Shown here: piece by piece, positions 39,543 to 53,875 of the stretch | How the letters are laid out: every line of letters begins with the position of its first letter | Position numbering within the stretch: the stretch's first letter is position 1 | Assembly (NCBI RefSeq): GCF_006345805.1 | Contig: NC_043011.1 | Span: 50,976,464-51,040,463, forward strand | Length of the DNA: 64,000 nt | Source: Octopus sinensis | Lineage: Eukaryota | Reading direction: 5' to 3' | Made by a program: the position numbers and the translations under genes | The notes under the pieces: generated by a model | The model's input: only the letters and a program-made list of their open reading frames with translations | Databases searched by the model: none | Told to the model about the DNA's origin: nothing

Positions 39543-40695
39543 GTAAATGCTAGAGCTGCTACTGTTGCTGTTGACATGGCGCTGACAACATTCGCATACA
39601 CTCGCTTTTGTTTTCTTGCAATTACAACCATTCACTCAACCCCTTCTTCTTATTGTATTAATTTCTCTCTCTCTCTCTCTGACTCATCCCATATCTTCCT
39701 CTGCTCTTCTCACTATCACTCTCATACCACTGTCACGCACTTTTACTTCTTTCTTACAATGTCAGTTGTGTTAATCTCTCTCTCTTTCTCTCTTTGTTTC
39801 CCCAAACTCATCCCACAACTCTTCCCTTCACTCTTCTCTCCTATACCCACTACTTTCGTCGCTATCACTCACTCAATCTATACTTATGGCATTTTCTCTT
39901 ACTCCCCTCACTATCTTATCTCACACTCTCTTACTATCCCTCCTATAATCGCTATTACCCTACCCATTACTCACTCTATTTATACTCATACCACTTTCTC
40001 TCACCCTCACCCTCACCGTGTTAGTGTCTCTCTCATTCCAAACCTCTCCTCATATACACCCTCTGTTGTCAGTTATTTCTCACACTTCGCCCCCTATTAC
40101 TATATTAGCATTTCTCTCATCATATAGGGGGGGTGTATTGGTCTAGTTTTCCTATTACCTTCACTCATTTTTCTTTCTTCCTTTTCATCCTCTCTCTCTC
40201 TCACTCCGTGTCTTTTAACCTCTTGTATCAAATTCTCTCGTCACATAAGCTGCTGCTCCTGCTACTGGAGTTGGCATGGCGCTGAAAAACAGTACCCACA
40301 ATAACACTTACTCGCTCTCTCTACGAGACATCTCTTCCTCTCCCTCTTTAGCTGTTGTTGCTGCTATGGTTGCAGAGAAACAACACATTCTTTTCCCGTT
40401 TTCACTCACTCACTCAATCTTGCTCTTATTTCTTTATTCTTTTCATTCGTAACTTCATTCTTTTCAGAGCATTTTGTTTCTATGTTTACCATGACGTCTC
40501 TCTTCCCATCGCTGCGTACGTCGTGTGTTCGTGTTTATTCCTCTGTATTCCTTTACGTCTGCCTGTTTTTTTTTTCCTAACCAAAACAACCACACGCATC
40601 AGCTGTCACATTTTCGTGTTTTTCAGAATAAGTATTCCTTCCTACTTAAAACTTCCACACCGCCTCCCTTAATGAAGACTGTCTCTTTATTTACC

Positions 40696-40842
40696 TATTT
40701 CTTTATTACCCACAAGGGGCTAAACACAGAGGGGACAAACAAGGACAGACATAGGTATTAAGACGATTACATCGACCCCAGTGCGTAACTGGTACTTAAT
40801 TTATCGACCCCGAAAGGATGAAAAGCAAAGTCAACCTCGGCG
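40696..40842 (-). mobile_element. 5-prime-truncated family B SINE with 13-bp TSD
   Basis: ctctttatttacc at 40683-40695 and 40843-40855. Confidence 0.85.
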
Positions 40843-41164
40843 CTCTTTATTTACCATCAACTTCTCGGTACAACCCCGTCCTAACCCTTTATCTTATTCA
40901 CTTTACCGCCTCCTATCTATGAAACTATGTCCTCTTCCCCTCCTATATATATATATACACACACATATATATATATATGATCTAAGTTATATGATGTATA
41001 AAAAATGTAATATACAAATAAATATCTGTAAATATAAACCATCCGATTTTCTGAGCACCTCATTTCTTCTAATATATATATATATATATGAAAGAAAAAA
41101 GATGTTCAGAATGCTGGATAGTTGTAAAAATATATATTTATTTACATATCACATATTATAACTT

Positions 41165-41210
41165 CATATTAGCGCTTTCAACTACTACTGTAGTTTCATC
41201 AGAAATATAT
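41165..41210 (-). ncRNA. Minimal type-I hammerhead ribozyme-like motif with intact core
   Basis: Minus: AUAUAUUU-CUGAUGA-AACUAC(AGUA)GUAGUU-GAAA-GCGCU-A-AUAUG. Perfect 6-bp stem II, palindromic AGCGCU stem III, CUA triplet, weak AU-rich stem I with one U-U mismatch. Confidence 0.6.
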
Positions 41211-44200
41211 ACACAGACATACATATATGTATGCAAGTACTTTTCACTGCGACTGTCCTACTCGCAACTCCACACTATCCCCTTCGATCTATTAACGTCT
41301 CTATACTTCCTTCGTTATGTAAAACTGTCTCTCTATCTCGCACATTCCGATCGTTTGTCCCCCCTCCGTTAATGCAACCTTGTCGTTCTGAAAATAATCA
41401 TCTCAGTCCATTCCTCTCGACACCCATCCACAATTTTCTCTCTAGCCTTTACCTACATTATTGAAGCGCCATCTAACATCTCCCCCTCTCTCTCTCCTAT
41501 ATCTAGCTCACTCATCCTATCCCCTCAGTTTCTATAAACAAATATATTTACTCCTCCTTTTCCTCTCAACGTGGCGGCACCTTTGGTATATATCTCTTAC
41601 CTCTTTCTCTCACTGTTCTCCCCTCCTACTTCCTCTTTTCATCACTTCGTCCTCTCTCTCTCTTTCTCTCTGGAACCAGGCAACAATCGTGCTGTCAGTT
41701 CATCGCGACTACGAGACCAGGCCATGCTGGAGCAACCACTTTATATATATTTACATTTGAATACATCGTTTACAACCTTTGGGAAAACCATAAAATATCT
41801 TGTTCAAATTACAATTTTGTTGCTATTTAAATTATCTAAAATTTTTAATGTTACAAAATGATAACGAAAATAAATTGGTTCTTAATTAGGCACAACGCAA
41901 GTATTTTTGAGGGGAGGGGAAAAGCTGGTCGATTGCGTCGACCTCACGATGTAACTAGATCTTTTTTCCTCCTATCGACTCCAAAAGGATGCATGGAAAA
42001 AGTCAACCACGGCATTATTTTAACACCGACAAAAATAGAAAATAAATACAGCAAAATTTTTTTTTATTAATGTGTTATTACAATAAATTTTATTATCGTT
42101 GTTGAAAATAAAAAAAATTAAGTATATTAAAATTATTTCAAAAACACCCGAAATATTTATCTAATCCATGTTATTTAGCCCCCAAGGCCATTCTCAAAGA
42201 TTTTTTTCAGTTTATTTCAAACTACATTGTCGAATACATTTCCTTTGTTTTTTTGGCGAAGTTGGGAGTGATTTGAGAGATTTGGTTACTACTTCTAGGA
42301 GGTTTAATCAACCACGTAGAAGCTCCTTTGTTGAGTAGTGTGTAGTAAGATTCATGGTGTACTGCATAGAGAGAGAGTCACGTTGTTTCCTTGCTGTGTT
42401 TACAGCAATTAAAGTTTTGATTTAAGGGAGATTTAGCTATCATTGCTTGTTGAAAAGACCAGGTACGTGTGGTGAGGTTTCACCATGAGTGTACACTATT
42501 TATACTTATTTTTAGTAGGCGTTAAGGAGATCGTACCTCAAAGAAGTAAAACAACTGCCCACGGCTGTTTTGAAAGAGTATAGTAACAACTACCACAATA
42601 ATAATAATCAGGTCGAATCCAATGACTAATACTACCTCTCCTTAGAACACGAAATCGGTTTTCATTTAGCCACACCTCATCGATATTTCACTTATGTAGA
42701 GGCTGACTATATCGATAGATTTATTATTATATGCCTCTCGCTCGCTTAATGTTGTTTTATTATATATACAACGTGAAATTCCAGTTGCGCAAGAAAAGAA
42801 AATCCAGTTTAAATTAAATAAAATAAAATTCTGGTGAAAAGAACTGACTTTAAATGAATAAATATATACTTAACACTAAATGTATTTAATGTTTCCTTTC
42901 TATTTAGTTTACAAACTGTAAAACTTGCATACACACACATTCACATACAGATAGGTGCACAAATTCCAAAATATTATTGACAATTACCCCCACCTCTCAG
43001 TCAGCATGAATCGAGTTATTTCTGTCTGTACGTCAACCTTGTCTAGTGAAATATCCAGCATTCATCCGCTCTATACCTCGATAAAACATGCTCACAAGTA
43101 GTAACTAGATCAACATGAAATACCTCATATTTCACCATAAGTGAGAGAGAGAGAAAAAAAGCGACTGAAGTAAAAAAAAGAAATAATACCCCCCCCCTCT
43201 ACCGAATCTCATGTGATATGTATACATACACATTTACATCTATCTCTCTATCTATCTATCTATCTATCTTTTCCATCCACACACTTCAGGCCCCCAAAAT
43301 TATTACAACAAATGAAGCGATCAGCCTTGCACATGTTCGTTTGTTACTGCTTTTCCGTTTTTCATATAAAATCCCCTTGTCTACCTTTCTGCAACATACA
43401 CATACATACACACACACACACGCGCGCGTGTAGATTGATTATCATCACCATCACTACGAGCAAATTGTATTAAAGTGAAAGTCGAATGTGTTGTAAATTC
43501 GATTTTATTCGCCCTCAGAGGGTTGCACCAAGTCGTAAAAGCCTCAGCAACAACAGACAGTACGGGGTAACACGACCTGGCAAGAAATCGCATAAAATTA
43601 ATCATACTCTACTTCTAATATTAGAGAAAAAAAAAAGCAAGAGATGGTCATGAGGAGAGCGCTTTTTCGTAATAAAATCGGTTGGCTCATCTGACTTGTG
43701 AAAAGAAGGTTATTTTCTGTAAAAAGGCGCAAAAGCGATTAGAATGACCCCCTAGTATTATTAACTGGTATTTAGTTCATCGTCCTTGGAGAAATATGAA
43801 TTCACAACGTACAGGAGCGATGGGGGTGAGAAAACCGTCCCCATTCATTCTTCATAAAATTGGAAGTCACCCGTGAATGCCTAATGCATTTTTTGTCTGG
43901 GAAGAACAATTTCTACGACAGAAATTAGACTGGGCGTAAGTTCTCTAAGGATAAAAATATATATACTCCTCACTCGCAAACACACACATATATATATATG
44001 CATATATATACGGCTACTATAGTATGTATATGTAAATAGAACAGTGTATAACAAGTATGTAATTTTTATTCCGAAGAAGAAGTGATATAGCAATGACGAT
44101 GAAAGAAGAATGTAACTATTTTATGCTTGGTTTTTTTCTTCATATATAGCAATCGAAATGTGTTATTTTGTTCTGGTCTATCTATCGTTCCTACTTCTTT

Positions 44201-46099
44201 GCTGGTGTACGAGAATATTTAATGCAGAGTGTCTGCCTAACAACACCAGAGGACAACCACAGCACGCAACAACTTCACGCTCACTTTTCATAAACACGAG
44301 TAATTAGCTGCAAGAACAACAGAATAACGGAGTAGCTGAGGGACGAATGAAGGAAAAGCAGTATCGAGTTTGGTGATGAACGAACGAACGAATGGAAGGA
44401 AGGAATGAAGAAGACAAGTCAACGAACGAAATTGTTGGAACTATCGAACGGAAGGAGAAAAAAAAAACGACAGACTGGAGGACGAATAAACTGATAAAAT
44501 AATCCAACAGATATAAAAGGAATAATATAAAGATCGATGAACATGAGGTTAAGTTGATAAATAAAAGGTAAGGAAGAAACGAATAAAGGAATCTAATGAA
44601 GAAACGAATGAAGGGATCTAATAAATGAACGACTAAATAGAGAGAGGAAAGAAAAAGATATTCGAACAGAATACAATGAACGACGGCCTAACCGTAATTT
44701 AGGAAGTTAAATTTATTAGGAAGCCAACGAGCACAAAATATGTCAGAAATTTAAACTATATATATATATATATCACTGATATGAATTAGAGATGAGAGTA
44801 TTTTAAAATAGCAATTTTTTTTTTTTGTGAAAAAAAAGAAAAGCTTACATGTTTCTGTAGAGGTACACATGACTGCAATATTGGGAATCCTTATAAGTTT
44901 CAAGTACAGATTGTGGGGGGGAAATAAGATATTTACAATTACTACTAGAGGATATAAATTTCGTTATTATGAAGATTATATATTCTTCAATCAAGCGATG
45001 CGTGTAAAACCAAGCATTTTTCAAAATTTTCGACAGCGTGAATACTATAGATGAGTGTGTGTGTACCTCAATTTCGTGTCGCAAAACGAGCAATTTTTTG
45101 TAGAGGAATATAAACAAAACAAAACCAATTATCTTCGACAAACAACTGGTAGTTTTCTGAGTGTCTATAAACACTTAAGTAATGTGTATACAATATATAT
45201 ATATATATATATATATACACGCTTAGTCAAATTCAATAGCAATATGGCTGAGGGACAGTTCTGCCTAACTATATACAAAGTGAGGGTTTTACAGATTTAA
45301 TAATACAGAAGATCCCATTCAATCTGTTGTGAGCCAAAGGAAAAAAAAATTATAATTATCGCTAATTATATATATATATATATATAAGGCAGTTAGTTTG
45401 ATCATTCAGTTTAGGTTTCTAGCCCTCCCCTCGTCTTGCAATATTCTGGGGTCGATTCAATTAAACGAAGTACAATAGAAGACCCTGGCTGTCCTCTACC
45501 AGAAAATAAAAATATCATTGCTGTCTTCCGTTCAAATAAATCAATATTAATATCAAATAAAGTGTTTAATATATTATTATATGTGCGTATATAAAATATA
45601 AAAAAAGTTTCTGCTGAAATCGGAGAAATTACTTTCGTCGTTGGTTGAATTTTTAAACATTAATCTAACAATTATGTTTGCTAATTTACGAAAAATATCA
45701 TTTTACAATGAAAGGAATGAATAAAATATATATTTATAAACTAACACAAAATCCATAATCGAACAGGGTAGGGGTGAAAGAAAGAATATAGTTTAGAAAG
45801 CAACGAAAGACGGTGAATGAAAGAAAGAAGAAATGAAGCCAGCAAGGAAGAAGAAAATATGTGTAGTTTTCTTTTTTTTTGTGTAATAAACAGCAGTTTG
45901 AATAATATGAAGGTGAAGGTTGATTGTGAAAATGTCTAGCGGCAACCCCAATTCAATTGGTGTCTCTTCCTTTCTTCGCTCTTTCATTCTTCTTCTTTGC
46001 TCTTTTACTATTCGTCCGTGCTCTCGTCTCTGTTATTCTTTCTATCCTTCCACAACACGACGTTGCAAAAATTTCGGAAGTGGAAGGTGGCGCAGACTA

Positions 46100-46392
46100 T
46101 ATATTACATGTATGTATATATATATATATATATTATATAGAAAAGGCTTCCGCCCGTTTTTATACATTATGTATATATATATATATACACACACACACAT
46201 TATAGGTATATATATATACATATTATGTGTATGTATATATATATACATACACATAATGTGTATATATATATACCTATAATGTGTAGAATACATGTATGTT
46301 ATATATATATATAACATATATTCTACACATTATAGGTATATATATATACACATTATGTGTATATATATATATATATATATATACATACACAA

Positions 46393-46434
<42 letters not shown>

Positions 46435-46482
46435 CACAATGTGTGTATATATATAATATATATATATATATATACATACACA

Positions 46483-46520
<38 letters not shown>
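46100..46520. repeat. Compound minisatellite of (TA)n-CACATTAT/CACAATGTG units
   Basis: Repeated tatatatatacacattatgtgt / catacacaatgtgtg units. Confidence 0.85.
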
Positions 46521-46521
<1 letters not shown>

Positions 46522-49500
46522 TACCACATTGAGTGTGTCTATGAAATGAAGGGGGGGGACACCCATAGGCAGTTATGTCGATCAATGAGAGAAAGAGACA
46601 ATCGCCGGGTTGTAAAGAGAGAAAGAAAGAGAAAAAAAAAGCGACAGAAGTTGGTTTGGGAAAAGAGAAAGGAGAGTAATGGAGAGAACATGTGTATCTA
46701 GATTTTCTAGTTTTGATTATATGAAGAACGAAAGAGGAGAAGAAAAAAATAGATTGGGATGAAATGTCGTCTTGGGTGTGAGATTGTAATCTCAGTACGA
46801 GTGAAAGGCTGATATAGAGAGGGGGAAGAGAATTTAGTAGGAATAAGAGGAGGGGGAGAGATAGAGAGAAGGAGGTTATTGTGTGAAGTGGAGAGTGGTG
46901 TTGAGGTGACAGAGACGGGGAAGGGAACAGAGAGAGAGACAAGAAGTATAAAATTCCGGTTTGAGGATAAGTGGGAGGTAGCTATAAGACATGGTAAGAG
47001 ATAAGGCGATAGAAAAAAGACGGGCAGAGAGTGGTGTGTAAGAGGAATAAGAGGGGGGATGTAGTGGTGAGAGAGAGAAAGACAGGAATATGACAGAGAG
47101 AGAGGGAGGGAGAGTGGAATGAATAACGTGTGCGTGCGTGGTAGAGCGGACGTCTCTGTAGTTGTGACATGACAAACAGTTTTGATGATGGAGATTAATA
47201 ATATTTGGAAGTAGAATATTTATAAAAGTAGACTGGCTTCTTGTCTAGGTATGACCGAGACACTTAATGCAGCGGTGGTGGATCTTGTTAAAAACCTCTT
47301 GAAGTATTTCAAATTTTCACCCGACTGTTTTTTTTTGTTTTAAATGTAGTTTTTACATACTCGACGAAATTCGCTTTAATTTTTTTTTTCTTTCTAGAAT
47401 TTAATAAAGAAGTTACATCATGTGTAGGAAATTTGAAATACTTTCAAGTGGTTGGACGAAATTTAATAAGATCCGCAGTGGTTGTTGCCATTTGACTGAC
47501 GCCAGCCCCATTTCACTCAGGTTGACAACGCTCCAGCCGTGGCCATCCCATTTTACAGTACAGACAGTATATCAGTATATCTGGGATTGCATTTTCCAGT
47601 GTCTTTCCAATTTTGTTTTGAAGATGGTTTGGGTATGAATTTAAGATTTGCTCTGCTATTTCGAGCGGATGGAACGACCACGTTGGTTTCTTGTCGAGGG
47701 GGGAGAGAGAGAGAGAGAGAAGGGGAGGAAGAGGGAAAGTGGGGAGAGACAAGAGGGGGGATTAAGAATGTGAGGATAAGTAAGAGGTCTGTTCTATGCA
47801 TGGCAAGTAAGATATTTACCCCCCACATCAAACCTGATAAAAGTCGGTCTGTATGTAACTATCCTGTCTTTTTTTCTCCTTCAGACATATCTTGAATTAC
47901 ATTGAATTTGTCCATCAGTTTTTTTTCTTTCTCAAGTCCGTCTGGCTGCTATTTCTAATAACTGGAATAACAACAATAAGAAGCGCTGCAGTGTGGATTA
48001 GGCATTTTTTTTCTTTCTTAAAATAAGGTGTAAGGGTGTGATTTGAAGGAGATTTAGCCGCTATTTCTGGTATGCCGTGCGGACTATGCAGCAGATCTCG
48101 TCTTCGACCTGGTGTTGAAGTTTTAAATAACATATCCCCCCCCCCATCCCAGAAAACCCTCGTTGGGCCACCCGCCCATCACGATACCAAAAGACGAAAA
48201 AAATATTCGGAAATATTTTTACTCACAGTGCAAAAAGCAACAGAGCAATAACCGTGATTTTAAGTAAGTATTAATGATAGGTTAAGCGAAGAAAAGGAAG
48301 GAGAGATCTCTATTATCAGCCCGGTAAACCCGCTAGAAAATGCAGCCAAATCGCACATTATTGTTTTACAAAGTAAGACGGCGGCGTGCATGGTATGCTT
48401 TTAGATATAAGGTCTGATGATGGATCAGGGCTGACCTGGGACGAAGTACCAACAATAATAAGTCAGGCAGAAGCAAGAAGAATGAAACGAGAGTTCATTT
48501 AAGGTAACCATTACCATCTAGTGTCTATTTTTTTCTTTCTCTTACTCTGAAAACGTGACTCCTAACGAAGGGCGTGTATAAGTTTGGATGTGGCTTTTGT
48601 TATTTTTTTTTTTTAATATGAAAATGGTCAATATATAATGAATGTAGCAACTAAGCGTGTAGAATCCGATATTTTTGCGCGCGCGAGTATAAATTAGGAG
48701 AAAAAGTACCACAATGAAATAATAAATAAATCGCTTTTCCATACATACAGGCACATGTGTATGTATGTATGTATGTATAAATATATATATGTATGTATGT
48801 ACAATGCATACAGATATATCAATGAGAGAGTGAGATAAAGAAAGGTAGTAAGAGAGTGGTGTGTAAGAGGAATATGAGGGGGATGTAGTGGTGAGAGAAA
48901 GACAGGAATGACAGAGAGAGAGTGGTAAGAGGAAGACAGAGAAAGCGAAGGGTAGACGAAAGTATAGGTAGGAAAGAGAGAAAAGTGAAGATATTTACAA
49001 TAGAAAGGGAGAGGGAAGAGATAGAAAATGCGCCAAAAGAGGAGGAATTACAGTTGCAGTGAGAGGAGGAAGGGGGGAAACGATAATAATGTAGTAGTAC
49101 GGAGTAGCGGCTACTATATAGAAAAAGAAACGCAGTAAGTAATGAGAGAGGGAGTAAAAAGAAAAAATTAGACGGAACTAATGTAGAAGGATGAGTGGAA
49201 AGGTAGAGAGAAGAAAAGCAATAAAATAAGGAGAGGGAGGAGGTGGAAATTAGTTACAACAGAGAGAAGAAAAATGATAAAGAATTAGTTAAACGAGAGT
49301 AGAAGGGAGAGGATCCAAAAAAAAAAAGAGAAGAAAGACAGTAAAGGAGAAGTGAGAAAGTGTGCAAGACATTTTCAATAGAGAAAAAGAAATCGAGAAA
49401 GGGGAGGAAAGAGAGAAAGATGGTGTAAGAGAAACAAAATGAGGGGAAAAGGGTAAACGAGTAAGTGTATAATGAGAGGGTGTGGTGTGTGTTAAAAAAG

Positions 49501-51241
49501 AAAAAGAGAAAGAAAGAGAGTGAGAAAGAAGAGGTAGAAAAGGGAGACAAGAGAGGAAGAAGGACAAAGAAAACATTATTACTATTATTGGTAGTATTAG
49601 TAGTAGTAGTAGTATCAATTAAATCAACTGTGCTCGTTTTAGAAATGTTTAAAAATCATTCTTAGTCTTATTAGCGGATGTGGACGTCACCGAAGACTGG
49701 TTTTTTAAGGATTCAGTTACTGCCACGTTATGGCTATAGGCATTATAAATGCTGTAAACAAATCATGTGTGCATGTTTTTAGCAAGAAATTGCAAAAACC
49801 GTCATGTCGTCAACAAGATTATTTTAGCTTCCAAGCTACCCAGGTTGAATGGAGAGGTTTTTCGAAAGCTTTCAACCAGCTAAGTTGGAATTTGTTAAAA
49901 CAAAATTATTAGATAGATAGAGAGAGACAGAGAGAGAGAAAGGGGGGGGATGAAAGGAGGAGGAGGTAAAGACAGAACAGAAAAGTGTATATCAAGCTTC
50001 TCCAGTTACTTGCAGGCGTGTCTATCAATCTATATGTCGTTACTAGGCGAGAACAGGAGGAGTTAAGCAAGAATTTACTGCGTCTGCGGTTTTCGGGTGG
50101 CAAAGGGTTCGGGGACATATTGTCTGGCATGTGGTAGGTCAAATAAGGTCAGAGAGAGAGAGAGAGAGAGACAGACAGGCAGAGGAATAGAAATTTGTCT
50201 AGACAGATTTGGCACGTGTACACTTTACATTCACTTCGCAATCTACCTTACTCACACACGACATATTATGTAGATAAATATGTATTACAGTAAAATAGAA
50301 GTGGGCTGGGGGACAACATGAGTGCAAGAAAAGATTTTGAGTGTGACTGTGATATGGCGCTGCCTTAAAGGGTTTTAGTCGAACAAATCGACCCCCAGTA
50401 CTTATATACTTCAAGACTGGTATTTCAACGTCACCTTAGAGGATGTAGTGAGACTAGTACAGGACCGCAAGCGATGGAGAGCTCTGGTGGACCTGGTCGG
50501 CTCTATGCATGAGGACCCCCATCAAGAAAGAAACACTTATTCTGTTGGTCTCTATTGCTGAACCGTTAAGTTACGGGAACGTAAATAAACCAACACCGGT
50601 TTTCAAGCAGTGGTAGTGGACAAATGTATATACAAAATCACACATACGTGCATCTATCTATTTATCTAGAGTTACTTGCAAATAAATGTGTCAACATGTG
50701 ACATTATTGACCGAGGTTACCGTGGTCTTTTCCGTAGGCTTTTCTTTCCACGAATAAACCTTATCTGCTTCCCTCTTTACACTTTACACCATGACATTTC
50801 TGTGATACACGATCCCTATTGATCGTTTTTTTTTTCTTTCCTTTTTACGATCCCTTTTGATCGAAAACCTACCTCAAATTTTCCTTTCTCCCCAAAAAGA
50901 AAAGCTCTACTTTGTAATTTGTCCCGTCTGTGTTCAGCCCTGTGTGACTAATAAAGAAGCATCAATCTATACGACAGGCTTCTTTCAATTTCTACTAAAT
51001 GCACTCACAAATGATTTGGTTGGGTCAAGGCTATAGTAGAGGACACTTGTTCGAGGCACTATGCAATGGGAATGAATCTGGAATCATGTGGTTGGGAAGC
51101 AGACTTCTTACCACACAGCCATGCCTGTCATGTTTGTTGGAGTTGAAGGGCAATTGCTGCTGTGTTAATGATGCTTATTCAGATAGAAACATGCACCCTC
51201 GTCTTCATAGAAAAATAAAACAGACTGTTTTTTCTCTAATG

Positions 51242-51778
51242 CAGGAGTCACCAAACATTTTGCCACGGTGGGACAGATAACTGAGAGAATGGTGAGCGTG
51301 GGCCACAGAACCGTTTTGTTCAATACAACAGTGGATACACAAAATATAAAGACAACCAACATTTATTTACCAAAAAGTTATCAAAGAAGGTGACGTTAGC
51401 AATAAGATAGTTGTATCACTCCCAGTGCACACATATCTGAATCTCACAAACTAAGAAGCAAAAAGGGTTAGTGAGATTTGTGAAACTGGTGTTTGGCTTT
51501 TAAGATATAAATTTTTGCTTTGGAATTGCTGCATCCAACCAAGAGAAATTGTTTTCAAATGTCCGTCAGTCAACCTCATTTGATGTGCTGACTTCACATA
51601 CTTCATTTCTGAGAATGTTTGCTCACAGACATAAGTTGTTCCAAACATTGGTGCCATACCAGAGGCAAATGAACTCTCATTGCAGGTACTTACACAAAAG
51701 GTACAGTGCAGCGGTGGGGTGGATGAAGTGACCTCGTGGGCCAGATCTTCTCCATGGGCCATAGTTTGGTGATCCCTG
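51242..51778 (-). mobile_element. Internally deleted hAT (Buster/SPIN-like) transposon, 537 bp
   Basis: TIRs caggagtcaccaaac / gtttggtgatccctg; TSD ctctaatg (51234-51241) versus ctccaatg (51779-51786), with central TA typical of Buster; internal PMFGTTYVCEQTFSEMKYVKSAHQMRLTDGHL (hAT dimerisation domain). Confidence 0.9.
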
Positions 51779-52149
51779 CTCCAATGGCATGCCATTTATG
51801 GAGGTCTTAATTCCTGAGATTATTTCCTTTCCTTATTCAGTGATGGTTGGCATTTGCCACTAAGTTTACCTTCTCTAGAACCAAAGAATATGTTAACAAA
51901 TCAGGATATTATCTTGTTTGGTATTTAATATACCTTCTTATGTGTTTTTTATATAAATTCACGTCACTTGTCATTACTCTTAGGCCACTGTTTATATGCA
52001 TGTGTGTGTGAAAATGTAAAGAATGCAAGACACAACAGCCATACCCTCTGCCAGCTCTTAGTTGCCATGTTTGTTCCTGTCAGTGTCGTACAAGGATTGG
52101 CTTTCTCAGTTACCAAACAGAGGAACTACTCAATCAGGATGAAATTGAA

Positions 52150-52560
52150 ATACTTGAATCATCATCATCCCTTAATGTCTGCTTTCCATTCTGGTATGGG
52201 TTGGACAGCTTGACAGGAACTGACAAGGAAGGCTAGGGGCCACACCAAGTTTCATAGTTTGTTTTCGCTTGGTTACTATGACTGATTGTCCTGACTAATG
52301 CTAACCATTCCACAGAGTGTACTGGGTACTTTTTATGTGACACCAGCACCCACACCGATGCTTTTTAAGTGACACTTAGGTTTTAGGATCTCAATTCTGT
52401 TGTGGTGGGCAGGTGTTCTTCAGTACAACAATGTACCATAGATCTCGGTCCTCTGTCATCTTCATAAGGTTTGGCATTTTCAGATTAGCCTTCAATACTT
52501 TGTCCCATGTATTCCTGGGTCTCCCTCTTCCACAACTTCCTTCCACTTTAAATGAAAAAT
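52150..52560 (-). mobile_element. 5-prime-truncated RTE LINE 3-prime end
   Basis: LKVEGSCGRGRPRNTWDKVLKANLK..MTEDRDLW at 52400-52560, followed on the minus strand by a family C-like UTR and (GAT)n. Confidence 0.75.
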
Positions 52561-52919
52561 ACTTTTATTGTAGTGTTATATGTTTTTTTTTTTTTGAAAC
52601 CCTATTCTTCCTTTACAACTTTTGTTTATCAATTTGGAAATTTGAATAGATTTCTTTACCTCTTTTCAGACAAATGGTGATGGAGTGCCAAGTTGAGAAA
52701 ATGAATTTATCTGGCAACCCAATATGATTACATGTGGGCATGTGTCCACTTTTTCATGTCCACATGGGTTGGATGGAATTTGCTGGGGTAGATTTTTCTC
52801 TGGCCAGGTGCCTTTCCTGTTGCCAACCCTCATTTGTTCCTACGACAATTACACTTGGTTACAACTCTTACATAATATCAAGACAAAGAGGCACTAACAC
52901 ATACACACTCACATTTATG

Positions 52920-53875
52920 TAGGCGCGGGCATGGCTGTGTGGTTAGGGAGCTTGCTTCCTAGCTACATGGTTTCGGGTTCAGTCCCACTGCGTGGCACTT
53001 TGGATAGATGTCTTCCACTATAGCCCCGAGCCGACCGAAGCTTTGTGATTGAATTCGGTAGGTGGAAGTTACTGCCGTGTGTGTGTGTGTGCATATAGCT
53101 GCTCAGTGCCTCTCCGAAAGAGAGAGAGGGGGGGCTTCTTTCAGTTTCCGTCTACCAAATCTATGCATAAGGCTTTAGCTGGTCCAGGATTATAGTAGAA
53201 AACACTAGCTCAAGATGCCACACAATACCACTCAACCCAAAACCATGTGGCTGCGAAACAAACACATCAGTATGTGTGTATGTATGTTTATATCTATCTA
53301 TCTATCTAGTTATCTATATAGGCACAGGTATGGCTGTGTTGTAGGAAGCTTGCTTCCCAACTACATGGTTCCAGGTTCAGTCCCAATCTTTGACACTCAG
53401 AGAAGTGTCTTCTACTATAAACTTGGGAGTAGATTTAATAGATGGAAACTGAAAGAAGACCATCATATATATCATGATCACCAGCATTTAATACTCTTTT
53501 ACTTGTTTCAGTCATTTGACTGCGGCCATGCTGGAGCACCGCCTTTAATCAAGGAACTCGACCCCGGGATTTATTCTTTGTAAGCCCAGTACTTACTCTA
53601 TCGGTCTCTTTTTGCCGAACCGCTAAGTAACGGGGACATAAACACACCAGCATCGGTTGTCAAGCAATGCTAGGGGACAAACACACAAACACACACACGC
53701 ATATATATATATACATATATACGACGGGCTTCATTCAGTTTCCATCTACCAAATCCACTCACAAGGCTTTGGTCGGCCCGAGGCTATAGTAGAAGACACT
53801 TGCCCAAGGTGCCACGCAGTGGGACTGAACCCAGAACCATGTGGTTGATAGACAAGCTACTTACCACACAGCCAC
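52920..53875. mobile_element. Cluster of family A SINE pieces; young copy 53492-53875 (-)
   Basis: Four partial or full copies in alternating orientation. Confidence 0.8.

Noticed and set aside
37416-44305. Shared ACACGRGTAATTA motif or LITRV peptide at 37.42 and 44.29 kb; putative 24-nt microexon LITRVYEK
   Set aside because: A 12-of-13 match is expected by chance many times in 64 kb, and the microexon has no independent support.
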